Below are positions 1 to 10,400 of a stretch of DNA of 64,000 nt, piece by piece. The notes under the pieces are model-generated. The model saw nothing but the letters and a program-made list of their open reading frames with translations. It ran no database searches and was not told the origin of the DNA. The DNA is taken from positions 188,319-252,318 of the forward strand of contig JAYRKJ010000005.1 in the NCBI GenBank assembly GCA_041905785.1, given 5' to 3'. Within the stretch, counting starts at the first letter, position 1, and each line of letters opens with the position of its first letter. The translations under genes and the position numbers were made by a program. This stretch comes from Burkholderiaceae bacterium (GTDB taxonomy: Bacteria > Pseudomonadota > Gammaproteobacteria > Burkholderiales > Burkholderiaceae_C).

Positions 1-2
1 GC

Positions 3-548
3 GCCGAGGTCGGCTTCGAAGTCACCAAGGCCGACTGGGACTTCAGCGCGGTGCTCTTCCACAACAAGGTCCGCGACCTGATCGTCGCGGTCTACCAGCC
101 GGCCGGTCCCTCGCGCGAGTGGCAGAACGTCGCGCAGGCCAAGACCCATGGCATCGAACTCAACGGCAGCTGGAACCTGAACCGTGCCTGGAGCCTCAAG
201 GGCAGCCTCACCGCGCTCAAGGCCGATTTCACCGACGCCGGCGGCCAGACCGTGAAGCTGGAGTTCCGTCCGGAGCAAAAGCTGATGCTCGGGCTGAACT
301 GGGCGCCCACCGAAGCGCTCAAGCTCTTCGTCGACCTGAACTACGTGGGCAAGCAGTACTTCGAGACCAAGCAGCTGCCTGGCTATGCGCGCGTCGATCT
401 GGGCGCTTCCTGGCGCCTGAGCCAGCCCTGGACGCTGCGCGCAGGCGTCAAGAACCTCGGCGATGTCCGGCTGAAGGACAAGAACGAGAACTTCGTGGCC
501 GCTGAGCTGGGGCGCAATCTGTATCTGGCGGCGAACTACGGCTTCTGA
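3..548 (+). CDS. TonB-dependent (siderophore) receptor, C-terminal part; 5' end outside window
   Basis: Open frame from window edge; beta-barrel pattern, DLGASW and GVKNLGD motifs, ends GRNLYLAANYGF with C-terminal Phe. Confidence 0.9.
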   Translation, partial: AEVGFEVTKADWDFSAVLFHNKVRDLIVAVYQPAGPSREWQNVAQAKTHGIELNGSWNLNRAWSLKGSLTALKADFTDAGGQTVKLEFRPEQKLMLGLNWAPTEALKLFVDLNYVGKQYFETKQLPGYARVDLGASWRLSQPWTLRAGVKNLGDVRLKDKNENFVAAELGRNLYLAANYGF

Positions 549-611
549 GCAGCGCCGTGAGGGCTGGCGTGCACCCGAGCTTGGGGTGCACGTCGGATGG
601 GGAGAAAAAAA

Positions 612-896
612 GTGAGCGTGCTGTTCTATCTCGGGCTCTGGGCCGCCATGGGGCTGGTCTACCTGTCCAATGCGCACCAGCGCCTCCTGGCACTGCCGCT
701 GCCCGCGCGCGGCGCACGCATGGGCGCTGCGGGTCTGGCGAGTCTCGCGCTGGCGGGCGGCTGGCAGACGATGGGAGCCGCGGTGACCTGCTTTGGCGGC
801 TTGGCCTGGACCCTGCTGTGGGCTGGGCTGTGGCCGCTGGCGGGCACGCTGCTGAGCCTGGTCCACGATGGCCAATGGGGAGGGCTGGAACCATGA
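612..896 (+). CDS. small membrane protein (DUF3325-like) of PepSY-TM iron-release operons
   Basis: Hydrophobic ~94 aa ORF; GTG at 612 follows GGAG RBS; sits between receptor and PepSY gene. Confidence 0.6.
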   Translation: MSVLFYLGLWAAMGLVYLSNAHQRLLALPLPARGARMGAAGLASLALAGGWQTMGAAVTCFGGLAWTLLWAGLWPLAGTLLSLVHDGQWGGLEP

Positions 897-1183
897 AGCC
901 ACTCATCCGGCGGGACTGGTGGCTCAAGAGCCTGTCCGGCACCGTGCTCGGCGCGACCCTGGCCCTGGCGCTGGCCGGCCTTTGGGCCTGGTGGGGTCCG
1001 GGCGGCATTCGCGCGCAGGACAAGGTGCAGTTCACGATGTGGATGATTGCGCCGCTGTGGATGCTGGCGCTGTCGGCCGTGTACTTCATGCGCTCCGGCG
1101 CGCGGGCGCTGCTGCTGCTGCTGGTCCTGAACGGGCTGGCTCACGGCGCCCTGCAGTGGACAAAACAGGCGGCGGGCGCATGA
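893..1183 (+). CDS. small 3-TM membrane protein of PepSY-TM iron-release operons
   Basis: ATGA overlaps with both neighbours; MKPLIRRDWWLKSLSGTVLG..., hydrophobic. Confidence 0.65.
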   Translation: MKPLIRRDWWLKSLSGTVLGATLALALAGLWAWWGPGGIRAQDKVQFTMWMIAPLWMLALSAVYFMRSGARALLLLLVLNGLAHGALQWTKQAAGA

Positions 1184-2808
1184 AGGTCTCCAGCGATCTG
1201 ATCAAGGTGCACAAGCGCCTGCACACCTGGGTCGGCATCACGGCCGGCTGGCTGTTGTTCGTGGCCTTCTTTGCGGGCGCTTTGACCATGTTCAAGGAAC
1301 CCCTGGACCGCTGGGTCCGCGCCGGCAGCGAACCCGTTCGCGAGGCCTGGGCGCAGCCCCTGGACGATGGGCTGATCCCCGAAATGCTCGCCCGCCAGCC
1401 CAAGGCCGGGGCCGAGTTCACCGTGCATCTGCGTCCGGCCGAGCACCGCCCGGCCCCCATCAGCGGGCCGCACCAAACCGATCCAGAGGGCCCCGGCGCG
1501 TCCGTCGCGCCCTGGGTGGCTGGCCGCAACACTGCCGGCCGGCTGCAGATCTGGCAGCAGCCGCCTTCGGTGCTGGGCGAGCTGGTGGACCTGCTCCACC
1601 GCACCGGCGGCGTGCCCGGCACCCTGGGCGACGAGCATCTGGGCGTCTACCTGATGGGCGTGGCCGCGGTGCTCTACTTCCTGGCCCTGGTGTCCGGCGT
1701 GGTGGTGCTGCTGCCGACCCTGGTGAAGGACTTCTTCGCCATCCGGCCAGGCGCCAACCGCAAGCGCTTCTGGCTGGACTTTCACAATGTGCTGGGCATC
1801 ACCAGCCTGCCCTTTCACGTGGTGATCAGCCTGACCGCCATCGTGTTTGCCTTTCATGACCAGTTCTATGGCGCCCTGCGGGAGGTGGTCTATGGCAGGC
1901 AGCCGATGTTTTCGCCGCCGGCGCTGAGCCTGCCGGTGCAGCCCGGTGCACCCCTGCTGCCCCTGTCACAGCTGCTGAAGCGCGTCCAGGACGAGGCGCC
2001 CGGCTTCGAACCCACCGAGCTGCTGTTCATGCGCAGCACCGGTCCGCGCGCCATGGTCCGCGTGGCCCTCTCGCATCCCGACGCGCTGGTCCACGGGCCG
2101 CGCAGCGCCTACCTGCTGCTGCAGCCGCAAACCGGCGAGCTGCTCAACAGCAGCATGCTGCCCGGCCGGGAAAGCCCCTGGAGCCTGCCCGTCAACACCT
2201 TTTTTGCCCTGCACTTCGGCAGCTACGGCGGCGAGACCATCCGCTGGACCTATTTCGTCATGGGGCTGATGGGCGCCGCGCTGTTCTACACCGGGAACCT
2301 GTTGTGGCTGGAGTCGCGGCGCAAGCGCCAGCCGGCCGGCCAGCCGCAGCCGGAGCAGGCCCGCAGCGTGCGCTGGCTGGCGGCCGGCACGGTGGGGACT
2401 TGCCTGGGCTGCCTGCTGGGCGTGCTCGCGGCGCTCGCGGTGGGCAAGCTGAGCCGGGGCGGCGGTGCGCATGCCGAGCCGCTGTACCTGTGCGCCTATT
2501 ACGGCACCTGGCTGGCCTGCCTGGCCTGGAGCTTCTGGCGCGGAGCGGCGCGCGCAGCACCGCTGCTGTTGAGCGCCTGCACGCTGGGCGCCTCGCTGCT
2601 GCCGGTGCTGTCGCTGCGCAGCGGCAGCGGGCTGCTGGCAGGCCTGACGGGCGGGCACTGGGGCCTATGGATGGTGGACGTCGTCGCGCTGCTGGCAGCC
2701 CTGGCCTTTGCGGCGATGGCCTGGCGGACGCGGCAGCGCGTGCGGCTGGCGGCTCCGGACACGATCTGGTCCCTGGCCGGCCCGGTGGCGCAAGCCCAGA
2801 GGACTTGA
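1180..2808 (+). CDS. PepSY-associated TM helix protein (FoxB-like ferrisiderophore reductase)
   Basis: LHTWVG, LHRTGG, WLDFHNVLG and LHFG His-bearing TM motifs; ATGA-coupled start at 1180. Confidence 0.85.
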   Translation: MKVSSDLIKVHKRLHTWVGITAGWLLFVAFFAGALTMFKEPLDRWVRAGSEPVREAWAQPLDDGLIPEMLARQPKAGAEFTVHLRPAEHRPAPISGPHQTDPEGPGASVAPWVAGRNTAGRLQIWQQPPSVLGELVDLLHRTGGVPGTLGDEHLGVYLMGVAAVLYFLALVSGVVVLLPTLVKDFFAIRPGANRKRFWLDFHNVLGITSLPFHVVISLTAIVFAFHDQFYGALREVVYGRQPMFSPPALSLPVQPGAPLLPLSQLLKRVQDEAPGFEPTELLFMRSTGPRAMVRVALSHPDALVHGPRSAYLLLQPQTGELLNSSMLPGRESPWSLPVNTFFALHFGSYGGETIRWTYFVMGLMGAALFYTGNLLWLESRRKRQPAGQPQPEQARSVRWLAAGTVGTCLGCLLGVLAALAVGKLSRGGGAHAEPLYLCAYYGTWLACLAWSFWRGAARAAPLLLSACTLGASLLPVLSLRSGSGLLAGLTGGHWGLWMVDVVALLAALAFAAMAWRTRQRVRLAAPDTIWSLAGPVAQAQRT

Positions 2809-2811
2809 CCG

Positions 2812-4137
2812 ATGCCCGTCGACGTCCCCTCGTCCGTCATGGCCTGCCTGCAGTCCGTGGCCCCGGCGCATGAGCCCGGCTCTGCGCCCTGGTGGCAGGC
2901 CGTCTCGCGCGTGGGCACACCGCTGCGATGGGCCGGCGAGCCTGGCGAGCTTGGGCAGAGGGAGCTGCTGTTCCTTTGGCGCCAGCCACCCAGCGCGCCG
3001 GCGCCGGCCGTGGTTTGTATCGACGTGGACGGGCATACGCCCCATCCCACCGCGGGGGCCACCCGCATGCGGCGGCTGCCGGGGACCGATGTCTGGTACT
3101 GGCCCACCCGCTTGCCCGAGAACTGGCTGGGCAGCTATGCCTTCATGCCGATCGCCCCGAACTGGCCAGCCGAACCCGCCACGGCCCCCGAGCGGCGCGC
3201 ATGGTGGATGGCATCCATGCAGGCGTTTGGCCAGGCTGATCCCTTCAGCCCGCATCCCGCCGCGGCGGATGGCTGGGGGCAGCCCAGGGCGGTGCTGCGC
3301 GAGGGCGTCGGCCTGTCGGTGCTGAGCGGGCAGGGCGGCCCCGACAGCGGCGGCATCCCCGCCGGCCGCCTTCGCCAGTGGACCTGGGCCAGCCGCCTGC
3401 TGGGCTGCACGCGCTCGGTCTGGCTCCATCAGACCGTGGGCCCCGCGCCAGCGTCCGGCCAGCGCGCGTGGGTGCTGCTGCTGGATGGCCAGGCCTGGGC
3501 CGGTCCCCTGCAGCTCTTCCCCTTGCTGGACCGCATGACCGCACGGCGGCAGCTGCCCGCCGCGAACTACCTGGCCATCGACGCCCGGGACCCGGCGTCG
3601 CGTCGGCAGGACATGGCCTGCCAGGACCGCTTCTGGCAGGCCCTTCATGAGGAGGCCTGGCCTGCCGCCTGGCGCGTCGCGCTGCAGGACGGCTCGGTGT
3701 CGGGGCCCTCCGCCTGCGAAACGCCCTGCCTGGTGGCCGGCCAGAGCCTGGGCGGTCTGGCGGCCAGCTACGCCGCCTTGCATTGGCCGCGCCGCTACCC
3801 GGCACTGCTGAGCCAGTCCGGCGCCTTCTGGTGGCCCGAGCTGGACGAGGGGCCGGAACACGCCTGGCTGATCCGGCAGGTCCGCGGCGGGCTGGGACGG
3901 CGGCTGAACCTGCGGGCACGCTTCCAGTACGGCGAGCGCGACCCCGAGGACATGCAGCGCTTGAGCCGGCAGATGGCCCAGGCCCTGCGTTCCCAAGTGC
4001 TCAGCCCGGCGGCGGTGCGCGCCCAGCAAGTGAAGGGCGGTCACGACTGGACGTGCTGGCGCGAGGCGCTGCTGGCAGGTCTGGCCGACTTGCTGCCGAC
4101 CCTGTGCGAGCCTCGCGGCCCCTGCCGCACTGAATGA
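2812..4137 (+). CDS. fes: ferric catecholate (enterochelin) esterase
   Basis: GQSLGG nucleophile motif, SQSGAFWW, GGHDWTCW; DUF3327-like N-terminus; directly upstream of mbtH and NRPS. Confidence 0.88.
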   Translation: MPVDVPSSVMACLQSVAPAHEPGSAPWWQAVSRVGTPLRWAGEPGELGQRELLFLWRQPPSAPAPAVVCIDVDGHTPHPTAGATRMRRLPGTDVWYWPTRLPENWLGSYAFMPIAPNWPAEPATAPERRAWWMASMQAFGQADPFSPHPAAADGWGQPRAVLREGVGLSVLSGQGGPDSGGIPAGRLRQWTWASRLLGCTRSVWLHQTVGPAPASGQRAWVLLLDGQAWAGPLQLFPLLDRMTARRQLPAANYLAIDARDPASRRQDMACQDRFWQALHEEAWPAAWRVALQDGSVSGPSACETPCLVAGQSLGGLAASYAALHWPRRYPALLSQSGAFWWPELDEGPEHAWLIRQVRGGLGRRLNLRARFQYGERDPEDMQRLSRQMAQALRSQVLSPAAVRAQQVKGGHDWTCWREALLAGLADLLPTLCEPRGPCRTE

Positions 4138-4182
4138 ACACCGCCCAGGACTGCGCGCCTGGGCTCATCCAAAGGACATGCC

Positions 4183-4401
4183 ATGACATCCCAGAGCTCG
4201 GGAACGATCAACCCATTCGACGACGAAAGCCACCGCTTCACGGTCCTCGTGAATGCACGCGGCGAGCACAGCTTGTGGCCTGAATTCGCCGCTGAGCCAA
4301 TGGGTTGGCTGCGCGCTCATGGGCCGGATTCGAGAGACGCCTGTCTGCGCTGGGTGGATACCCACTGGACGGCCATGCAGAACGCTGCGGCGTCGCGCTG
4401 A
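4183..4401 (+). CDS. MbtH-like protein (YbdZ-type)
   Basis: NPFDD...VLVNARGEHSLWP...P.GW...W..HWT signature. Confidence 0.95.
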   Translation: MTSQSSGTINPFDDESHRFTVLVNARGEHSLWPEFAAEPMGWLRAHGPDSRDACLRWVDTHWTAMQNAAASR

Positions 4402-4410
4402 GGGATGGCC

Positions 4411-7400
4411 ATGAACAACCGCGCTCCCTCGCTTGAGCTTCGATCCAAGGATCATCCGCGCAGTGCAGCCCGGGAAGTACCGCCGTTGCCTGCCAGCAGT
4501 GCCCCTCAGCCCAGCGACGGGACGCCGCAGGAAGCAGCACTCGCGCTGCCGCTGGTCGCCGCCCAGCCTGGCATCTGGATGGCCGAACAGGTGGCTGACC
4601 AGCCCGGGTCGGCCTACACCATCGCACATTGCGTCGAGCTGAGCGGGCCGCTTGATGCGGCCGCCATGACGCAGGCCATGCGCCAAGGCCTGGCACAAGC
4701 GCAGACCCTGCATGCGCGCTATGAAGACCGTGGCGACGGCACCGTGCTGCAGCACCTGCCCTCGGCCGTGCATCCGGATGAGGTGCGGGTGCCCGATCTG
4801 ATCGATCTTCGCGACTCGCCCGAAGCCGCGGCCCAGGCGCAGGCCCAGGCCTGGATGGCGCAGGACATCGGACAGGCCAGGGCGCTGAGCGACCCGCGAC
4901 AGGCCTACCGCCACGCCCTGATCCGCATGCCGGATCGCCAGGGGCAGGCGTGCTGGTGGTGGTACCTGCGCTGCCATCATCTGGCGCTGGATGGCTACAG
5001 CCTCAACGCCGTGACGCGACAGATCGCGGCGCTTTACAGGCGCGGCATGGGCGGTGGAGAACCGGACGCCGCGCCCTGGGTCGGCACCGAGGCCGTGGTG
5101 CAGGAATACCAGGCCTACGAGGCGTCGCCAGCCTTCGACGCCGACCGGCGCTTCTGGGCTGAGTACGGCGCAGCGCTCCCCGCTGCGCAGGGGCTCGCGG
5201 CGCGCCCGCTGGGCGATGACGCGCCCACACCGCAGGTGCTGCTGCAGGACCTGGCACTGCCGCTGGAGCGCATGGAGGCCCTGCGCGGCCTGATCGAGTC
5301 CGATGAGCGGGCCCGCAAGGCGCGGCTGACAGCCGCCGACCTGATCCAGGGCGCCATGGCCGCCTACCTGGGGCGCTGGATCGGCCTGGACCTCGTGCTG
5401 GGCGTTCCTTTCATGCGGCGCCTGGGCTCGGTCGCCCTGCAGGCGCTGGTGCCGGTCGTCAACGTCCTGCCGGTACGCGTGCAGCTCGACGCCGGCATGG
5501 ACTGGGTGGCCGTCGCCATGACCATGAAGCAGGCGCTGCAGGTCGTCCGCCCGCACCAGCGCTATGCGGCGGAGCAGATCCAGCGCGACCTGCATCGCCT
5601 CGGAGCCGGCCAGCGCCTTTACGGGCCGGTGCTGAACCACAAGCTCTTCGATCTGGAACTCGACCTGGGCGACGTGCGGGGCAGGGCCCGGCATCTGGCC
5701 ACCGGCCCGGTGGACGATATCGAGATGAGCCTGATGGTGCACGCGGACCGCGTTCAGCTGGAACTGCGGGGCGCCGTCGGCCGCTACGACGCGGCCGAGC
5801 TGGCGGCCCATGCGCAAAGGCTGTCGCAATGGCTGGACGCCTGGGGCAGGCAGCCCGATCTGAAGCTGCGGGACTTGCCCTGGTGCACGCCGCAGGAGCT
5901 GGTGCGCATCCAGCATTGGTCTACCGGGCCGCAAGTCGACGCGCCTGAGTCCTGGCATTTCACGCGCCGGCTGGAAAGCCAGGCCGCGGAGCACCCGCTG
6001 GAGACGGCGGTGGTCTTCCGCGACGAAGCGCTGAACTACGCCGAGCTGCTGGCCCGCGTGCGCACCCTGGCCGACTGGCTGCGCGGCCAAGGTGCCCGGC
6101 GCGGCGAGGTGGTGGCGCTGGCGCTGCCGCGCAGCATCGACGCGCTGGTCGGCCTGCTCGCCGTCATGGACAGCGGCGCCGCCTTGCTGCCCCTGGACCT
6201 GGACTACCCGGCCGAACGCCTGGGCTGGATGTGCGACGACGCCCGGCCGCGCATGGTGCTCACGCACAGCGCCGTGCCTGCGGTGTCCCCGGAAGGCCTG
6301 CGCCGCGTGGACCTGGATGACCCGCAACTGCTGCGGCAACTGGCGGCGCGCGCCGGCGCAGGCGACGCCGGCAGTAGCCGCGAGGGCGACGGCCCCCGGC
6401 CGGAGGACGTGGCCTACATCATCTTCACCTCCGGCAGCACCGGGCGTCCCAAGGGGGTGCTCAACACCCACGGTGCGCTGATGAACCTGCTCGAGGCGCA
6501 CCGCGCAAGTTTGTATGAGCCCGCGCTGAGCGCAGTGGCGCAACGGCACGGACGGCGCCTGCGTGCCGCCCACACGCACTCCTTCTCCTTTGACTCGTCC
6601 TGGATCCAGCTGCTGTGGCTCACCCAAGGGCAGGTGCTGCACCTGATGGACGAAGACACCCGGCGCGACGCGCACGCCCTGGTCGCCGACATCCGCCGGC
6701 ACGCGCTGGATGCGCTGGACCTGCCGCCGTCCTTCCTGGCTCAGATGATGAGCGAGGGGTTGTTCGAGCCGGGAGCGCACCATCCCACCCTGGTGCTGAT
6801 CGGCGGCGAGGCTGCGCCCGCGGCGCTCTGGCAGCAGTTGCGCGCCGTGCCGGCGCTGCAGGCGCACAATCTTTACGGCCCGACGGAAAACACGGTGGAC
6901 ACGCTCAGGGCCGATGTGGCGAGGCATGAGTCCCCCGTCGTTGGCCGCCCCATCGCAGGGGTGCAGGTCCGGGTGCTGGACGCCTGGCTGCGACCCGTGG
7001 CGCAAGGCGCTGTGGGCGAGCTGTACATCGCCGGCGCCGGCTTGGCGCGCGGCTATCTGGCGCGTCCGGGGCTCACGGCCAGCCGCTTCGTGGCGGATCC
7101 CTTCGCAGCTGCGGGCTTGGCCTCGCGCATGTACCGCACCGGAGACCTCGTGCGCTGGAACGCGCAGGGCCAGCTGGAATACCTCGGCCGCAGCGATGAC
7201 CAGGTCAAGGTGCGGGGCTACCGCGTCGAACTGGGCGAGATCGAGAGCGCATTGTCGCTGCTGCCCGGCGTGCAAAGCGCCGTCGTCCTGCCGCAGACCC
7301 TGCATGCCACCCAGCGCCTGCTGGCCTACTGCGTGGTGCCGGGGCTGGACGACGCGCAGCGGCTGCGGCGCGCCGCGGAGCTGCGCGCGCAGCTGCGCGA

Positions 7401-10400
7401 ACGCTTGCCCGAGTACATGGTGCCCGCCGCCTTGACGGTGCTGGACAGCTTCCCTCGCAACGTCAGCGGCAAGATCGATCGCCAGCGCCTGCCGGCGCCG
7501 CAGTTCGAATCCTCTGTGTCCCAGCCTGCGACGCCGCATGAAGCGCTGCTCTGCGCTGCGATGGCGCAGGTCCTGCAGCGCGAGGCCATCGGCCCGGAGG
7601 AGGATTTCTTCCAGCAGGGTGGCGACAGCATCTCGGCCATCATGCTGTGCACGGCCTTGCGCCGCCAGGGATGGGTGCTGACGCCGCGCCAGGTCTTCAT
7701 GCACCCGCGGCCGCAGGCCTTGGCCACGCTGCTCCAGCCCCTGGACGCGGAAGCGGATGCCACGCCGGGCCAGGCCTGGTCGCCAGCCGCCGAGCTGCGC
7801 GAACGGCTTGCCGCACGGCATGGCGACTTCGCTGCCGCGCTGCCCCTGCTGCCGCTGCAAAAAGGCATGCTCTTTCACACCCTGCTGGCCCTGGACCAGG
7901 CCGCGGGCGCCCATGCCACACATGCCATCCATGGCGCCTACGCCGCATTCACCCGGCTGCGCCTGGAGGGCCCGCTGGACATCGACCGGCTGCGCCAGTC
8001 CCTGGATGCCGCACTGCGCCGCCATCCCCAGCTCGCCGGCCTGTTCGACGTGCAGGCGGACGCCGAGCCCGTATTTCTGATGCCTGCCCAGGCCGACGCC
8101 CTGCACTGGCCCTGGCAGCTGCACGACCTCAGCGGTCTGCCCGACGATGCGCAAGCGCCGGCGCTGGCGGCGCTGCAGGGACGGCTGCTGAGCCAGGGCT
8201 ACTCCCCGCTGCGTTGGGGCGGCATGATCCAGGCCGCCCTGGTCCGGCATGGCGCGACGCGTCACAGCCTGCTGATGATGGTGCACCACCTGGTCATCGA
8301 CGGCTGGTCCAGCCCCGTGCTGCTGCGCGACCTGCTCGACGCGTATCGCGCCAACACGGCACGGCTGCCGGCCCTGTCGCGCAGCTATGCGGACGTGATG
8401 GTCCAACTGGCGGGAAGAACGCTGGACGAGAGCCGGGCCTGGTGGCGCGAGGCCGTGCCAAAGCTGACACCCACGCTGCTGTGCGAAGGCAAGCCGCCGC
8501 AGGGTGCGGTGCGGGAGCACAGCCTGCGCCTTCCCGAGCCGCTGGCCGAGTCCCTGCGCCAGGCCCTGCGCGAGCGCGGCCTCACCCTGCATGTGCTGAT
8601 GCAGGGGCTCTGGGCGCTGGCCCTGTCGGCCATGACCGGACGCGACAGCGTGGTGTTCGGCACGCCGGTGTCCGGGCGCAGCACTGCCGTGGAGGGCATT
8701 GCGGAGCAGGTCGGTCTTTTCCTCAACACGCTGCCGGTGGAGGTCTCGCTGCGCCAGGACCAGGCGCTGTGGCCCCAGCTGGAGGCCCTGCAGCGCAGCC
8801 ACGCCGAGCGCATGGCGCACGATGGCGTGGGGCTGGCCGAGATCCAGCAGATGGCCGGCGGCCCGCTGTTCGACACCTTGCTGGTCGTGGAGAACTACCC
8901 GGACAGCGACTACCTGACCGAGGCACTGCCCGGCGCCGGCGCCGCGGCAGGTGAAGAGGGTCAGGTCTTGCGCGTGACCGAGGTCCACAACCGCGGCACC
9001 AGCCACTATCCGCTGGCGCTGCTGGTCCTGCCGGGCGATGGGCTGACCCTGCTGCTGGAGGACCGTGGCGTGCTGACCGACGGTCAGGCGCTGCTGGAGC
9101 GGCTGGCTCGGTGGATCGGCCTGCTGCTGGAGCAATCGTCGCTGCCGCTGTGTCGCTATCCGCTGCAGGTGTCGCGTGAAGGCCGGCTGCTGCAGGCCAT
9201 CAATGACACCGACCATCCCGTGCCCCGCCACACGCTGCGCTCCTGGCTGGACGAGCAGGCCCGGCGCAATCCGGACGCCCCGGCCCTGATCGACGAGGCC
9301 CAGCGCCTGAGTTACGCCGAGGTCCGTCACCAGGTCCGCGTCCTGGCGGGCGAGCTGCAGGCCAGGGGCGCAGGCCCCGGCGGCATCGTGGCCGTGGCCC
9401 TGCCGCGTTCGGTGCGCCTGAGTCTGGCCCTGATGGCCGTCATCGAGGCCGGCGCGGCCTATCTGCCCCTGGATCTAAGTTATCCCGACGAGCGCCTGCG
9501 CTTCATGCTGGAGGACGCCGCGCCGGCGGTGCTGATCGCCGGCAGCGAGCAGCTCGCGCGCCTTCTTCCGGCGCCGCCGGACAGCCGCCCCGCGCTCCAG
9601 CCGCTGGTCTACGACGCCCTGCGGCCCGGCCATGAGGCGCCGGCGATCACCGTGGCGCTGCGCGCCGACGATCCGGCCTACCTGATCTACACCTCGGGCA
9701 CGACCGGCCGCCCCAAGGGCACGCTGGTGAGCCACCGAGCCATCGTCAACCGCATTGCATGGATGCAGGACGCCTACCCCTTGGGCCCTCAAGACGTGGT
9801 GCTGCAGAAGACGCCGTGCGGCTTCGACGTCTCCGTGTGGGAATTCTTCTGGCCGCTGCTGGTGGGCGCACGCCTGGTGATGGCGCCGCCGGACAGCCAC
9901 AGGGATCCGGCGGCCCTGCAGCAGTTGATCGAGCGGCACCGCGTCAGCTGCCTGCATTTCGTGCCGTCGATGCTGGCCGTGTTCAACGAGCATCTGGGCA
10001 CCCAGGACACCACCCGTGTGGCGCAGGCCTGCGCCAGCCTGCGTCTGGTGTTCTGCAGCGGCGAGGCCCTGCCGACAGCCCTGGCCCGGGAGGTTTCGCT
10101 GCGGCTGCCGGCAGCGCTGCACAACCTGTATGGCCCCACCGAAGCCGCCGTGGACGTCAGCTACCACCCGGCTCACGCTGAGGGGCTGGCGCAGCAGGGT
10201 CCCGGCGTTCCCATAGGCAGGCCGGTGTGGAACACGCAGCTGCTGGTGCTGGACCGCTGGCTGCGGCCGGTACCGCTGGGTGCCGTGGGCGAGCTCTATC
10301 TTGGCGGTGTGCAGCTGGCCCTGGGCTATCTGGGGCGCCCGGCACTCACGGCCAGCCGCTTTGTGGCCAGCCCCTTCGGCGATGGCGAGCGCCTCTACCG

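Noticed and set aside
4165-9330. 1721-aa minus-strand ORF and other long antisense or alternate-frame ORFs (e.g. 11255-13750, 13744-16059, 20288-22582, 25710-27521, 48654-50570)
   Set aside because: Shadow ORFs of well-supported genes in high-GC DNA, with no domain motifs
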